Origin: an uncultured virus (IMG/VR IMGVR_UViG_3300042257_000362)
Taxonomy: Duplodnaviria > Heunggongvirae > Uroviricota > Caudoviricetes
IMG/VR virus record: IMGVR_UViG_3300042257_000362
Span: 62,001-99,745 of that record
Length of the DNA stretch: 37,745 nt
Direction: 5' to 3' (one strand)
The notes under the pieces were generated by a model. The model did not search any database. It saw only the letters and a list, made by a program, of their open reading frames with translations, and was not told where the DNA came from. Positions 28,306 through 36,815 of the stretch are shown here, piece by piece (position 1 is the first letter of the stretch; each line of letters starts with the position of its first letter). A program made the translations under genes and the position numbers.

Positions 28306-28783
28306 GATAATTTTACTCATCATATCTTTATTACTATTAGCACTTTATGTAACATCAAAACTTGGAAAAGACCAATCGTTAAATGAGGTTATAAAAGAAG
28401 TTAAAGAAGATCTCAAAAATACAGCAGAAAATGTATATGACCTTGTGAGTAAAGCAACTGATATTGTCTTCGATGAATCAGTACAAAAAACGATCAAGGA
28501 ATTCATAATGATTGTGGAGGAAAAGAATCAGATTGCAAAGAACAAGGGAGAAGCATTCCTTGCTGGTGATGAAAAGAAACTTGCTGTTATTTCGCGTTTT
28601 AGTGAGTGGGTAAGCAACGTTACAGGCTCAACCGAAAAAGCAGTAGAGTTCGTTGAATCCAACCAATCCAGGATTGAATCCATCATTGATGACTACATCT
28701 CTTTCAGCAATAAAATGCAAGGTAGAGAATCGCTTTCTGAAGCTGAAAAAATCATAGCAGAGAAATTGAAGAATAAAGACTAA
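28292..28783 (+). CDS. Holin-like membrane protein (LL-H-type architecture)
   Basis: N-terminal TM helix, then helical domain with GDEKKLAV..IESIID. Confidence 0.55.
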   Translation: MTTLEIILLIISLLLLALYVTSKLGKDQSLNEVIKEVKEDLKNTAENVYDLVSKATDIVFDESVQKTIKEFIMIVEEKNQIAKNKGEAFLAGDEKKLAVISRFSEWVSNVTGSTEKAVEFVESNQSRIESIIDDYISFSNKMQGRESLSEAEKIIAEKLKNKD

Positions 28784-28788
28784 TAATG

Positions 28789-28840
28789 CTTGCTATAGTA
28801 CCTTTATTTAGGTAATATGTCACATACCAAATTAAGGAGG
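28789..28840 (+). promoter_or_regulatory. Phage promoter-like motif, copy 2
   Basis: CTTGCTAT..GTAATATGT..ACCAAATTAAGGAGG. Confidence 0.6.
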
Positions 28841-28846
28841 AAAAGA

Positions 28847-29107
28847 ATGTTAAATCAAGTAATTTTAGTAGGACGAGTAAAGAAACTCGACAAGTCAGCA
28901 GGTATCGTTTCAATCGATATCAAAAGACCAAATGAGAAGGACTCAGATTTGATTCCAGTCAACCTAAGTGAAGGTGTTATGGACAATGTAATGGAGTACT
29001 TATCTGAAGGTTCGACTATTGGCGTGAAGGCATCACTTCATATTGATGACAACATCTTAAGGATAGCTGGAGAGAAAGTAACATTTATTAATGCGAAAAA
29101 CGAATAA
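28847..29107 (+). CDS. Short SSB-like OB-fold protein without the acidic tail
   Basis: MLNQVILVGR, DLIPV, EYLSEGSTIGVK, AGEKVTFI; RBS AAGGAGG. Confidence 0.8.
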   Translation: MLNQVILVGRVKKLDKSAGIVSIDIKRPNEKDSDLIPVNLSEGVMDNVMEYLSEGSTIGVKASLHIDDNILRIAGEKVTFINAKNE

Positions 29108-29129
29108 GAAGTAAATTACTCAAATCGGC

Positions 29130-29158
29130 CACACTGGTAAAAAGGTGTGCCTTTTTTT
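29130..29158 (+). terminator. Intrinsic terminator
   Basis: CACAC...GTGTG stem followed by T7. Confidence 0.55.
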
Positions 29159-29210
29159 GTTTGTTAATCATCCTCATTTAAACTATAATATTCTTAAAGG
29201 ACGTGGTTTG

Positions 29211-29657
29211 ATGAGTAATCTTGAAATTTTTAACGAAATATTAGTAAAATTGAATACAAATTTAAGAAGTTTGAGAAACTTTTTCGGTGGAATGAAAATT
29301 GAAAAAGTAGCATTAAAAAGTAAGGTTGTGTTTCATTTTCAATTGTCAATCGTTCTCTATGAAACGTACACTACAACACTTTTTAGTATTGATTGTCCTT
29401 ATAATTCTAGTGATTACAAAATTAGAATATATGAAAATGAAGTATTTAAACTAAATTTAGTGAATAGGGATGTGATATCTGAAGATGAATTGCTGGATTT
29501 CTTTTCTCGTTTTAGTGAAGTAGATTTTCTTGAAGGTTTAGTAAAGAGTATAAAGTTATCTGATCAGTATCAAGAACATGTTAACATTGTGCTAGAATAT
29601 GAAAGTGATCCTTATGGTGAATATTCTGATGATTATGATTTCGATGATTTTGAATAA
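29211..29657 (+). CDS. Accessory hypothetical protein with a strongly acidic C-terminus
   Basis: Promoter TTGTTA-17-TATAAT at 29161-29189; RBS AAAGGA. Confidence 0.65.
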   Translation: MSNLEIFNEILVKLNTNLRSLRNFFGGMKIEKVALKSKVVFHFQLSIVLYETYTTTLFSIDCPYNSSDYKIRIYENEVFKLNLVNRDVISEDELLDFFSRFSEVDFLEGLVKSIKLSDQYQEHVNIVLEYESDPYGEYSDDYDFDDFE

Positions 29658-29825
29658 AGACTTATCTTGGAAATGAGAAGAGTATTTTTAGTTTGCAAGA
29701 GTTACATAAGAGTACGACTAGGTTTATGTGTAAAAATACTACATTCAATTAAATATGTTCTAATTTTATACATTCTATAATTTAGAAACGATACTATGCT
29801 ATCCTTATTAAAAAGGAGGAATAGT

Positions 29826-29996
29826 ATGGAAGAATTATTATGCAAATTAGAAACTATCATATTGATAAGAAAAGCAATATCACAAACTTACAACTCAATC
29901 AGCGACACAGATAAGTTTGTAGATTGTAGTTCATTTATTGATGATATTGAAGAACAAGTTGTAGTTGAATATTCAAACAAAGATGGATCCTTGTAA
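29826..29996 (+). CDS. Small accessory hypothetical protein (56 aa)
   Basis: RBS AAGGAGG, TATAAT at 29776, downstream terminator. Confidence 0.6.
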   Translation: MEELLCKLETIILIRKAISQTYNSISDTDKFVDCSSFIDDIEEQVVVEYSNKDGSL

Positions 29997-30013
29997 TTGA
30001 GGATCCTTTTTTT
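29985..30013 (+). terminator. Intrinsic terminator
   Basis: GGATCCT...AGGATCC followed by T7. Confidence 0.75.
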
Positions 30014-30056
30014 GTTAGACATAAGAACGGCTTAAAATAGTCATTTTTTATGTGCC

Positions 30057-30075
30057 ACTCTACTTAAAGTAGAGT
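30057..30075. promoter_or_regulatory. Perfect palindrome, putative operator
   Basis: ACTCTACTT-A-AAGTAGAGT upstream of the extended -10 TGTTATAAT (30147-30155). Confidence 0.55.
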
Positions 30076-30184
30076 AGAATTTATTAAAACTCAGTTTCTG
30101 AAAAGTAGCTATCAACTCAAAATAGGTATGAAAAAATCATTTGTAGTGTTATAATTTACTTAATTGAACGAAGGGAGAAGACTG

Positions 30185-32137
30185 ATGTCGATAGGAAAAA
30201 GAATAAAGGATTTAAGAACAAAGAATAACCTTACACAAAGCGAGTTTGCTGAGTTGTTTCATATTACAGACAAGGCTGTAAGTAAATGGGAAAGCGAAAA
30301 AGGGGAACCAAGTTTACAAGTACTAATTGATATAAGTAAATATTTTGAGATTTCTCTTGATGAAATAGTCAAAGGAGATGAACCTGTTCAATCAGATCAT
30401 AGTAGTTTGCTTGATAGGATTGTACAAAAGGATTCGGTTGTTGAACTAGAAAAGGCAATATCAAATGGACTTAAAATCCATAATTCAGACGAGTTCAACA
30501 AAGATATCATTGATTATGTTATTAAATACAAATCAATTAAAACATTGAAGTACTTGATTTCAAAAGGAATAATTGGTATTCCAAATTCTTTTTTTGAAGA
30601 TAGAACAAATAATAGTAAAAAGATAAATGTTGAAGTAAGCAGTAACGGAACTTGGAAGAAGACATTACATGGGATGGGGATTAGTATCTCATCTCGAAAT
30701 GATGCTTTGATGGATGTAGTCGTTTACAATAAGGATGTCGAACTGATTACAAAACTTGTTTCAAGAGGTAAAGAAGATTCTAGATATGTTTCTAGGAATA
30801 ATAACTCAAGGGCACCATATTTATCAAAGGCTGTTATTAATAGAAATAAGGTGCTTCCTTTAACTAATGAAACACTTGAAATAATAGGAAAATCTAACGA
30901 TATTGAATTAATTAAAGCATTAACATGTTTCGATTCTGGATTAGTCGTTGCTACAATGAATCGAATACTACAATCTGTTTTAGAGTTTGGAAAAGAGAGT
31001 TTTAAAGATAAGTTGTTACAATTAGTCATTGATCACAATCAACTTGCACTTAAACATAACGAAGATGCACGATCAAAATATAAACAAACTAGAAAACAAC
31101 AGGTGCTAATGTCAGAGTTTTCATTTAGTGACAAAATAATAACTTCAATTCTTGATAAAAAATCATATATTACTCAGATTGCACCATTCCTAACTGATAG
31201 AGATATAACTAAGGAAACATTTGAAATGATTTGTGATAAACATGGAGTTAAAGTGTTTACATCAGATCGAATCTCGTACAAGAGTGAAAAAGTTGCATCA
31301 ACACTTGATGGTAATGACTTTGTTAAGTACGCTAGAGATTTTTATGATAAGAAGAAGTATGTAGAGTATCCAATTTTTGAAGTGTTCAATCATCTGGATG
31401 AGTCTCCTGAACTTGTAGATGATGTTATTCTTTATATGTATGTCTTGTTCCATCAACACATCAGATTCAATAGAAAACTTTCAGTTATCATGCGTAGAGA
31501 GCACAATGAACCTCAAACTAACAAGCAAAAGAGTTATGATTTGGATATAGCTGAAGCTAGAATGTTGTTTGGTACTTCTTATGGGGAGTACATCCTTCAA
31601 AAGATGGAGACTAAAGAGAATAAAATGAAATTACTAGAACTTTGTGCGAATCACTTATCAGAAGAAAACCTTGCTAAGATCTTACCACTGTATGTTGGAG
31701 AAGATAAGAAGAAAGTTTATATTGACTTGATTAAAGTACAAAATGCTGTTGCATTAAAAAAACTCATTAAAGTCGATAAAGAGTTGGATGTAGAATACTC
31801 AAATCAAAGACAAAATCAGAATAGAAATCGAATTATGAAAAACAAACATAAGACGATTAGTTCAGTTTTATCAGAGTTATTTACCAGCAAAGAAGTATTA
31901 CGTGAAGTAGTAGCAGATCTGAACCAAAAAGACCTTGATGAATTATTAAACAAACATTGTCCAGATGATGATTTCGAAATGATCGCATTCCTAATCGACA
32001 ATGGCGCATATTTACATAGTTCTTATACAACAGAACAAGACGATGGCTGGGGTTATATGGAAACTGTTCATGGAATGGCCCAAGATAAGAAAAAAACAGC
32101 TGTTATGCGTGAAATGATTCGTAATTTCAAAAAATAA
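30185..32137 (+). CDS. XRE-family HTH protein with a long C-terminal region containing ankyrin-like segments
   Basis: IGKRIKDLR..LTQSEFAE..VSKWE..EPSL; DEFNKDIIDYVIKYKSIKTLKYLISKG and FEMIAFLIDNGA. Confidence 0.75.
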   Translation: MSIGKRIKDLRTKNNLTQSEFAELFHITDKAVSKWESEKGEPSLQVLIDISKYFEISLDEIVKGDEPVQSDHSSLLDRIVQKDSVVELEKAISNGLKIHNSDEFNKDIIDYVIKYKSIKTLKYLISKGIIGIPNSFFEDRTNNSKKINVEVSSNGTWKKTLHGMGISISSRNDALMDVVVYNKDVELITKLVSRGKEDSRYVSRNNNSRAPYLSKAVINRNKVLPLTNETLEIIGKSNDIELIKALTCFDSGLVVATMNRILQSVLEFGKESFKDKLLQLVIDHNQLALKHNEDARSKYKQTRKQQVLMSEFSFSDKIITSILDKKSYITQIAPFLTDRDITKETFEMICDKHGVKVFTSDRISYKSEKVASTLDGNDFVKYARDFYDKKKYVEYPIFEVFNHLDESPELVDDVILYMYVLFHQHIRFNRKLSVIMRREHNEPQTNKQKSYDLDIAEARMLFGTSYGEYILQKMETKENKMKLLELCANHLSEENLAKILPLYVGEDKKKVYIDLIKVQNAVALKKLIKVDKELDVEYSNQRQNQNRNRIMKNKHKTISSVLSELFTSKEVLREVVADLNQKDLDELLNKHCPDDDFEMIAFLIDNGAYLHSSYTTEQDDGWGYMETVHGMAQDKKKTAVMREMIRNFKK

Positions 32138-32152
32138 GTTATACCACAAATT

Positions 32153-32174
32153 GGATCCTTCGGGATCCTTTTTT
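32153..32174 (+). terminator. Intrinsic terminator
   Basis: GGATCC-TTCG-GGATCC followed by a T-tract. Confidence 0.85.
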
Positions 32175-32246
32175 ATTTGCCTTTTTTCCTATTTATTGGC
32201 AAAACGTGTTATACCTCGCCATTAACTGTTGAAGGAGGTATCACAC

Positions 32247-32354
32247 ATGAAATTAATTATAAGAAAAACAAATATTACTAATATTTTTATTACAGACCCG
32301 AACTTTTACACGATTTCTGCGGACTATGATTTAGGAGGTAGTTCGTATGAATAA
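32247..32354 (+). CDS. Possible 35-aa leader ORF not in the supplied track
   Basis: AAGGAGGT RBS; MKLIIRKTNITNIFITDPNFYTISADYDLGGSSYE; overlaps the next start codon. Confidence 0.35.
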   Translation: MKLIIRKTNITNIFITDPNFYTISADYDLGGSSYE

Positions 32355-32613
32355 TGACACATTAATTAAAGAGTTAAGAGACAAAGGATATGGTTACAAA
32401 AAGATTGCTAATGAGCTGGATCTAAAAGTTGATACTGTTCGTTATGCTTGTTTGAGAATGGAAGAGGAAAGCCTTGTTGGTTATTGCAAAAACTGTGGTC
32501 TTGAGATGAAGTCAGTAAAAGGGAAAAAGAAAAAGATATTCTGTTCAGACAGATGTAGATGGCAATGGTGGAATGAGAAAAGAAGAGGATCAAGTCACAA
32601 TGAATCGATCTAA
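32347..32613 (+). CDS. Small HTH plus Zn-finger protein of the recombinase module
   Basis: LRDKGYGYKKIANEL..TVR; CKNCG..FCSDRCR. Confidence 0.75.
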   Translation: MNNDTLIKELRDKGYGYKKIANELDLKVDTVRYACLRMEEESLVGYCKNCGLEMKSVKGKKKKIFCSDRCRWQWWNEKRRGSSHNESI

Positions 32614-32872
32614 TTTAGAGATGTATTACTTATCCATTGCACCCATTAAATCAATGTTAGAGGAGGGTATTTTAAGTAAATCTGAATATCTTAAAGCAGA
32701 AGCATTTTTAGCAGAAAAGTATTGTATCAATAAAGGTAATATTCATCGCCTTAACAACTTGACTAAACCCCCTAAAAGAGTGATATATAGTGTAACCAAA
32801 GAGGAGGTAAAAGATGAAGGAAAAGAAGATAACCAAAATCGAAGCATTATCCAAATTACCAAAGAAAACTAG
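32600..32872 (+). CDS. Small SHOCT-like accessory protein of the recombinase module
   Basis: KSMLEEGILSKSEY..LAEKY; RBS AGAGGA. Confidence 0.6.
   Translation: MNRSNLEMYYLSIAPIKSMLEEGILSKSEYLKAEAFLAEKYCINKGNIHRLNNLTKPPKRVIYSVTKEEVKDEGKEDNQNRSIIQITKEN
32758..32807 (+). promoter_or_regulatory. Phage promoter-like motif, copy 3
   Basis: CTTGACT..AGAGTGATATATA..ACCAAAGAGGAGG. Confidence 0.65.
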
Positions 32873-34127
32873 AGTCGCTGCTTATGCTAGGGTATCTAAT
32901 GGTAAAGATGCAATGCTACATTCCTTATCCGCTCAAATCAATTACTACAAGAAAATGATTCAAGATAATAATGATTGGCAGTTTGTAGGAGTGTATGCAG
33001 ATGAAGCTCTCACTGGAACCAAAGACTCGAGACAAGAGTTTCAGCAACTTTTAGAAGATTCCAAAGCTGGGAAAATTGATATGATTATTACAAAGTCTAT
33101 ATCAAGGTTTGCAAGGAATACAATGACGCTACTTGAGACAGTAAGAGAACTTGACAAACTAAATGTTGATGTATTCTTTGAAGAACAGAATATTCACTCA
33201 ATAAGTAGTGAAGGAGAAATGGTTCTTACCTTATTAGCATCCGTAGCACAAGAAGAATCCAGAAGTGTTTCAGAGAACATGAAATGGCGGATTAAGAGAG
33301 AATTTCAACAAGGTGAGATTTGGGGAGGACGGTCACCACTTGGATATAGCTTGAAAAACAAGACATTTCGTGTAATTTCTAAAGAAGCTGAAGTGGTTCA
33401 ACTCATCTACAAACTATATGTTGATGGAAATGGTGCTGAAGCAATTTGTCAAATACTAGATGCAAAAGGTATAAAACCAAAAGAATCTAAAAAGTGGGGT
33501 CCAACATCGATTATAAAGATTCTCTCAAATCGTAATTATACAGGTGATTTACTATTACAAAAGACATACTTGAATAATCACTTATCAAAGAAACAGGTTA
33601 TTAATAAAGGAGAACTGGATCGGTATTTGGTTAAAGGAAACCATGAGGCAATCATAAGTAATGAATTATTCGATAAAGTGCAAAAACTTAAACATCAACG
33701 AGCCATTAAGAACAAATCTAATCTACCAAAGAAAAAGACGTTTCTACATGGATTAATACAATGTGGAACTTGTGGTTCAACTTATACACCTAAGAAAATG
33801 AGAAAGAAGGACATTTGGATTTGTTCGAAATCAGCAAGTAAAGGTCAAGATGTTTGTGATTCTAAACTAGTCCCACACAACATAATCGTTGAAGCTTCTA
33901 ACCACCTTTTAAATATGGACCAACATAATGAGGCTACATTCAAATCAAAGGTAACCAAGATAATCGTTCAAGAAAATAGGATGTTAGAGTTTCATATGAA
34001 AGACGGGAAGATACTAAACTACCGATGGAAACATAAATCTAGAAGTAAGAGTTGGACACCTGAAATGAAGGAACAAGCACGATTAAGAGCACTAGAACAA
34101 CATCATGGAGGTAAACAAGATGCCTAA
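32814..34127 (+). CDS. Large serine recombinase 1
   Basis: AAYARVS, ITKSISRFARN, AQEESRSVSEN, Zn ribbon CGTCG..C..C. Confidence 0.93.
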   Translation: MKEKKITKIEALSKLPKKTRVAAYARVSNGKDAMLHSLSAQINYYKKMIQDNNDWQFVGVYADEALTGTKDSRQEFQQLLEDSKAGKIDMIITKSISRFARNTMTLLETVRELDKLNVDVFFEEQNIHSISSEGEMVLTLLASVAQEESRSVSENMKWRIKREFQQGEIWGGRSPLGYSLKNKTFRVISKEAEVVQLIYKLYVDGNGAEAICQILDAKGIKPKESKKWGPTSIIKILSNRNYTGDLLLQKTYLNNHLSKKQVINKGELDRYLVKGNHEAIISNELFDKVQKLKHQRAIKNKSNLPKKKTFLHGLIQCGTCGSTYTPKKMRKKDIWICSKSASKGQDVCDSKLVPHNIIVEASNHLLNMDQHNEATFKSKVTKIIVQENRMLEFHMKDGKILNYRWKHKSRSKSWTPEMKEQARLRALEQHHGGKQDA

Positions 34128-35703
34128 AGTTACAATTATACCATCAACAATTAATCCTATTACACAAATGCCTATCCATGCGAATCATGTTAAGAAAGTA
34201 GCAGCATACGCAAGAGTTTCAACTAACTCAGATGAGCAATATACGAGTTATGAGGCACAAGTGAACTTCTATAAAAAATACATTCAAGAAAAACCTGACT
34301 GGGAGTATACCGAAGTTTACGCTGATGAAGGACTATCCGGAACTACAACCAAAAAGCGTACTGGGTTTAATCGAATGATAAAGGATGCGCTTAACGGTAA
34401 AATCAATCTGATCATCACTAAATCAATTTCACGTTTTGCGAGAAACACATTAGATACCATTTCTTATGTTCGTAAACTAAAGGCAAAAGGTATTGAAGTG
34501 TTCTTTGAAAAGGAAAACTTATGGACACTTGATCCAAAGAGTGAGTTAATCTTAACCATTATGGCTTCAATAGCACAAGAAGAATCACGCTCCATTAGCC
34601 AGAATGTTACATGGGGTAAAAGAGTCGGTTTCCAAGAAGGGAAAGTATCCTTCGCTTATAAAAGGTTTCTAGGATACAAAAAAGAAGATGACAAGATTGT
34701 GATTGACGAAGACCAAGCTGACATTGTTAGGATGATTTACCGAATGTTTCTTGTTGAAGGGAAAACACCTACAGGAATTGCAAAGTATCTGAAATCACAA
34801 CGTATTGATACGCCAAGTGGTAAATCAACGAAATGGCAAACAAATGTGGTGACATCGATTCTTACCAATGAGAAGTATAAAGGTGATGCACTACTTCAAA
34901 AGACATACACTGTAAATTATCTAGACCATTCAACTGCAAAAAACACAGGGCAAATACCACAGTACTATGTTGAGAATAATCACCCAGCCATTATCGATAG
35001 AGATACATGGGAACAAGTTCAAATTGAAATGAAAAGGCGAGATAAACTAGGAGCTCACTATTCTTCATCTGATATATTTGCATCAAAGCTGATATGTGAA
35101 GATTGTGGGAGTTTCTACGGTAAAAAGAAATGGCACGCTAATACTAAATATGAACGATTTGTGTATCAATGCAATAGCAAGTTCCACAAGGGCAAAGACA
35201 AATGCAAAACACCTCATCTAAAAGAAGATGACATAAAACTCAAGTTTGTTCTAGCATACAATGTCATGGCAAAAGATAAAAAACGAGTGATTAAGGATAC
35301 AATGGATGTCATTAAACTATTAACTGACACCACCAAGATTGATTCCGAAATAACAAGAATTGAAGATGAGATGGTAGTAATTACAGAACTTGTAAATAAA
35401 CTGGTAATGAAAAATTCTAAGACAGACACGGACATTGATGCCTATAACAAGAAATATGAAAAGTTGTCGGCACGATATGATAAATTGAAGGAACAACTAG
35501 ATGGATTAATCTCTCAAAAGGAAACTAAACTAGGACAAAAGAAAACAATGCAAACGTTCATCAACAATTTAATAGAATCAGAAGATAAACTAGCTAACTG
35601 GAATGAGCGAATATGGATGCTTATGGTGGAAAGTGCAGTTGTGCATAGGGATTCAAGTATCACTTTTATGTTTCACAACGGAGTTGAATCAAAAATAAGA
35701 TAA
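34120..35703 (+). CDS. Large serine recombinase 2
   Basis: AAYARVST, ITKSISRFARN, CEDCG..C..C, C-terminal coiled coil; RBS GGAGG supports a start at 34120. Confidence 0.93.
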   Translation: MPKVTIIPSTINPITQMPIHANHVKKVAAYARVSTNSDEQYTSYEAQVNFYKKYIQEKPDWEYTEVYADEGLSGTTTKKRTGFNRMIKDALNGKINLIITKSISRFARNTLDTISYVRKLKAKGIEVFFEKENLWTLDPKSELILTIMASIAQEESRSISQNVTWGKRVGFQEGKVSFAYKRFLGYKKEDDKIVIDEDQADIVRMIYRMFLVEGKTPTGIAKYLKSQRIDTPSGKSTKWQTNVVTSILTNEKYKGDALLQKTYTVNYLDHSTAKNTGQIPQYYVENNHPAIIDRDTWEQVQIEMKRRDKLGAHYSSSDIFASKLICEDCGSFYGKKKWHANTKYERFVYQCNSKFHKGKDKCKTPHLKEDDIKLKFVLAYNVMAKDKKRVIKDTMDVIKLLTDTTKIDSEITRIEDEMVVITELVNKLVMKNSKTDTDIDAYNKKYEKLSARYDKLKEQLDGLISQKETKLGQKKTMQTFINNLIESEDKLANWNERIWMLMVESAVVHRDSSITFMFHNGVESKIR

Positions 35704-35779
35704 AAAGAGAGCTAACATAGTATCTGGAGGTTTGATTTTATTTTTATGAAAAAAATCTTATTGTGAAAACTTGTATTTT

Positions 35780-35830
35780 CATGTTACAAACGTTAAAAGT
35801 GTTGCAAATGTAACATGTGAATGATATAAT
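35780..35830 (+). promoter_or_regulatory. Host promoter with an overlapping inverted repeat
   Basis: TTGCAA(35802)-17-TATAAT(35825) with extended TG; CATGTTACA(35780)/TGTAACATG(35809). Confidence 0.65.
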
Positions 35831-35897
35831 GCCAATAGAAACTTTACTTACTACAGTAGAGTTTCTGAAGATAAGATTATAATAGGAGAATTTAAAA

Positions 35898-36815
35898 ATG
35901 ATAGAAGTGAAGAATTTCACTAAAGATTATGGTTTTAATCGAGGAGTATTTGATGCAAATTTTGATATATACAAGGGAGAAGTATATGGTTTTCTAGGAC
36001 CAAATGGTGCTGGGAAGACAACTACTATTCGACATCTAATGGGGTTTTCTAAACCAGATAGTGGTTCTACACAGATAATGGGGTTAGATTCATTTGAGCA
36101 CCGAAGTAAAATTCTTAAATCAGTTGGGTACATTCCAGGTGAGTTAGCACTGCCAAGCGGGCTTACAGGATTTGAGTTCATTTCTATGATGAAAAAAATG
36201 AGAAACGTCAATGATGATTCAAGAATTAATCACCTTATTCAACTATTTGAGTTAGATGCTAGTGGCGATACAAAACGAATGAGTTTTGGAAACAAAAGAA
36301 AACTTGCAATCATTGTAGCATTTATGCACGATCCGGAGATATTAATACTTGATGAACCTACATCAGGATTAGACCCTGTGATGCAAGAGAAGTTTATCGA
36401 ATTTATCAAAAATGAGAAGGCGAGGGGAAAAACGATTCTTCTCTCAAGTCATATTTTCAGCGAAGTTGAAGCATTGTGTGATCGTGTTTCTATTATTAAA
36501 CATGGTCATATTGTGGATGAATTTCCAATGAGTAAGCTGAAACACAATGAGAATAAGACTTATGTGTTCAGATTTGAGAACAAAACAGATGCAAAAGATG
36601 CATTCGATAAATTATCAAAGTCAACTCAGTATCAAGTTGAATCTATTGAGGAATGTCAACTGAAAGTAAATGTTCACGACACTAATATAAATAGATTACT
36701 CAGTGATTTAGAGGGCTTGAAGGTTATTGATTTTGAGTATAATAGACTCACTCTAGAATCATATTTTATGACATACTATCACGATGAAATAAAGTTCGGA
36801 GGTATACAAAAATGA
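35898..36815 (+). CDS. ABC transporter ATP-binding protein (ABC-2 type exporter)
   Basis: GPNGAGKT, signature MSFGN, LILDEPT, SSH. Confidence 0.93.
   Translation: MIEVKNFTKDYGFNRGVFDANFDIYKGEVYGFLGPNGAGKTTTIRHLMGFSKPDSGSTQIMGLDSFEHRSKILKSVGYIPGELALPSGLTGFEFISMMKKMRNVNDDSRINHLIQLFELDASGDTKRMSFGNKRKLAIIVAFMHDPEILILDEPTSGLDPVMQEKFIEFIKNEKARGKTILLSSHIFSEVEALCDRVSIIKHGHIVDEFPMSKLKHNENKTYVFRFENKTDAKDAFDKLSKSTQYQVESIEECQLKVNVHDTNINRLLSDLEGLKVIDFEYNRLTLESYFMTYYHDEIKFGGIQK

Larger units (their letters stand above)
1..35703 (+). mobile_element. Siphovirus-type (HK97-fold) prophage, left part outside the window; right boundary probably just after the second serine recombinase
   Basis: Co-oriented replication, packaging, head, tail, holin-like and recombinase modules in canonical order; host-type ABC transporter genes begin at 35898. 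Confidence 0.95.

Noticed and set aside
25483..29200. Diversity-generating retroelement targeting the Mtd-like fibre genes
   Set aside because: No reverse transcriptase in the window and no template/variable repeat pair seen by eye; a self-alignment of the full prophage would be needed to exclude one acting in trans
30185..32137. Calling the XRE protein the prophage CI repressor
   Set aside because: No S24 peptidase domain or divergent cro arrangement; the immunity region is more likely in the missing left arm
35690..35780. Exact attR sequence
   Set aside because: Serine recombinase cores are very short and attL is outside the window, so it cannot be defined here
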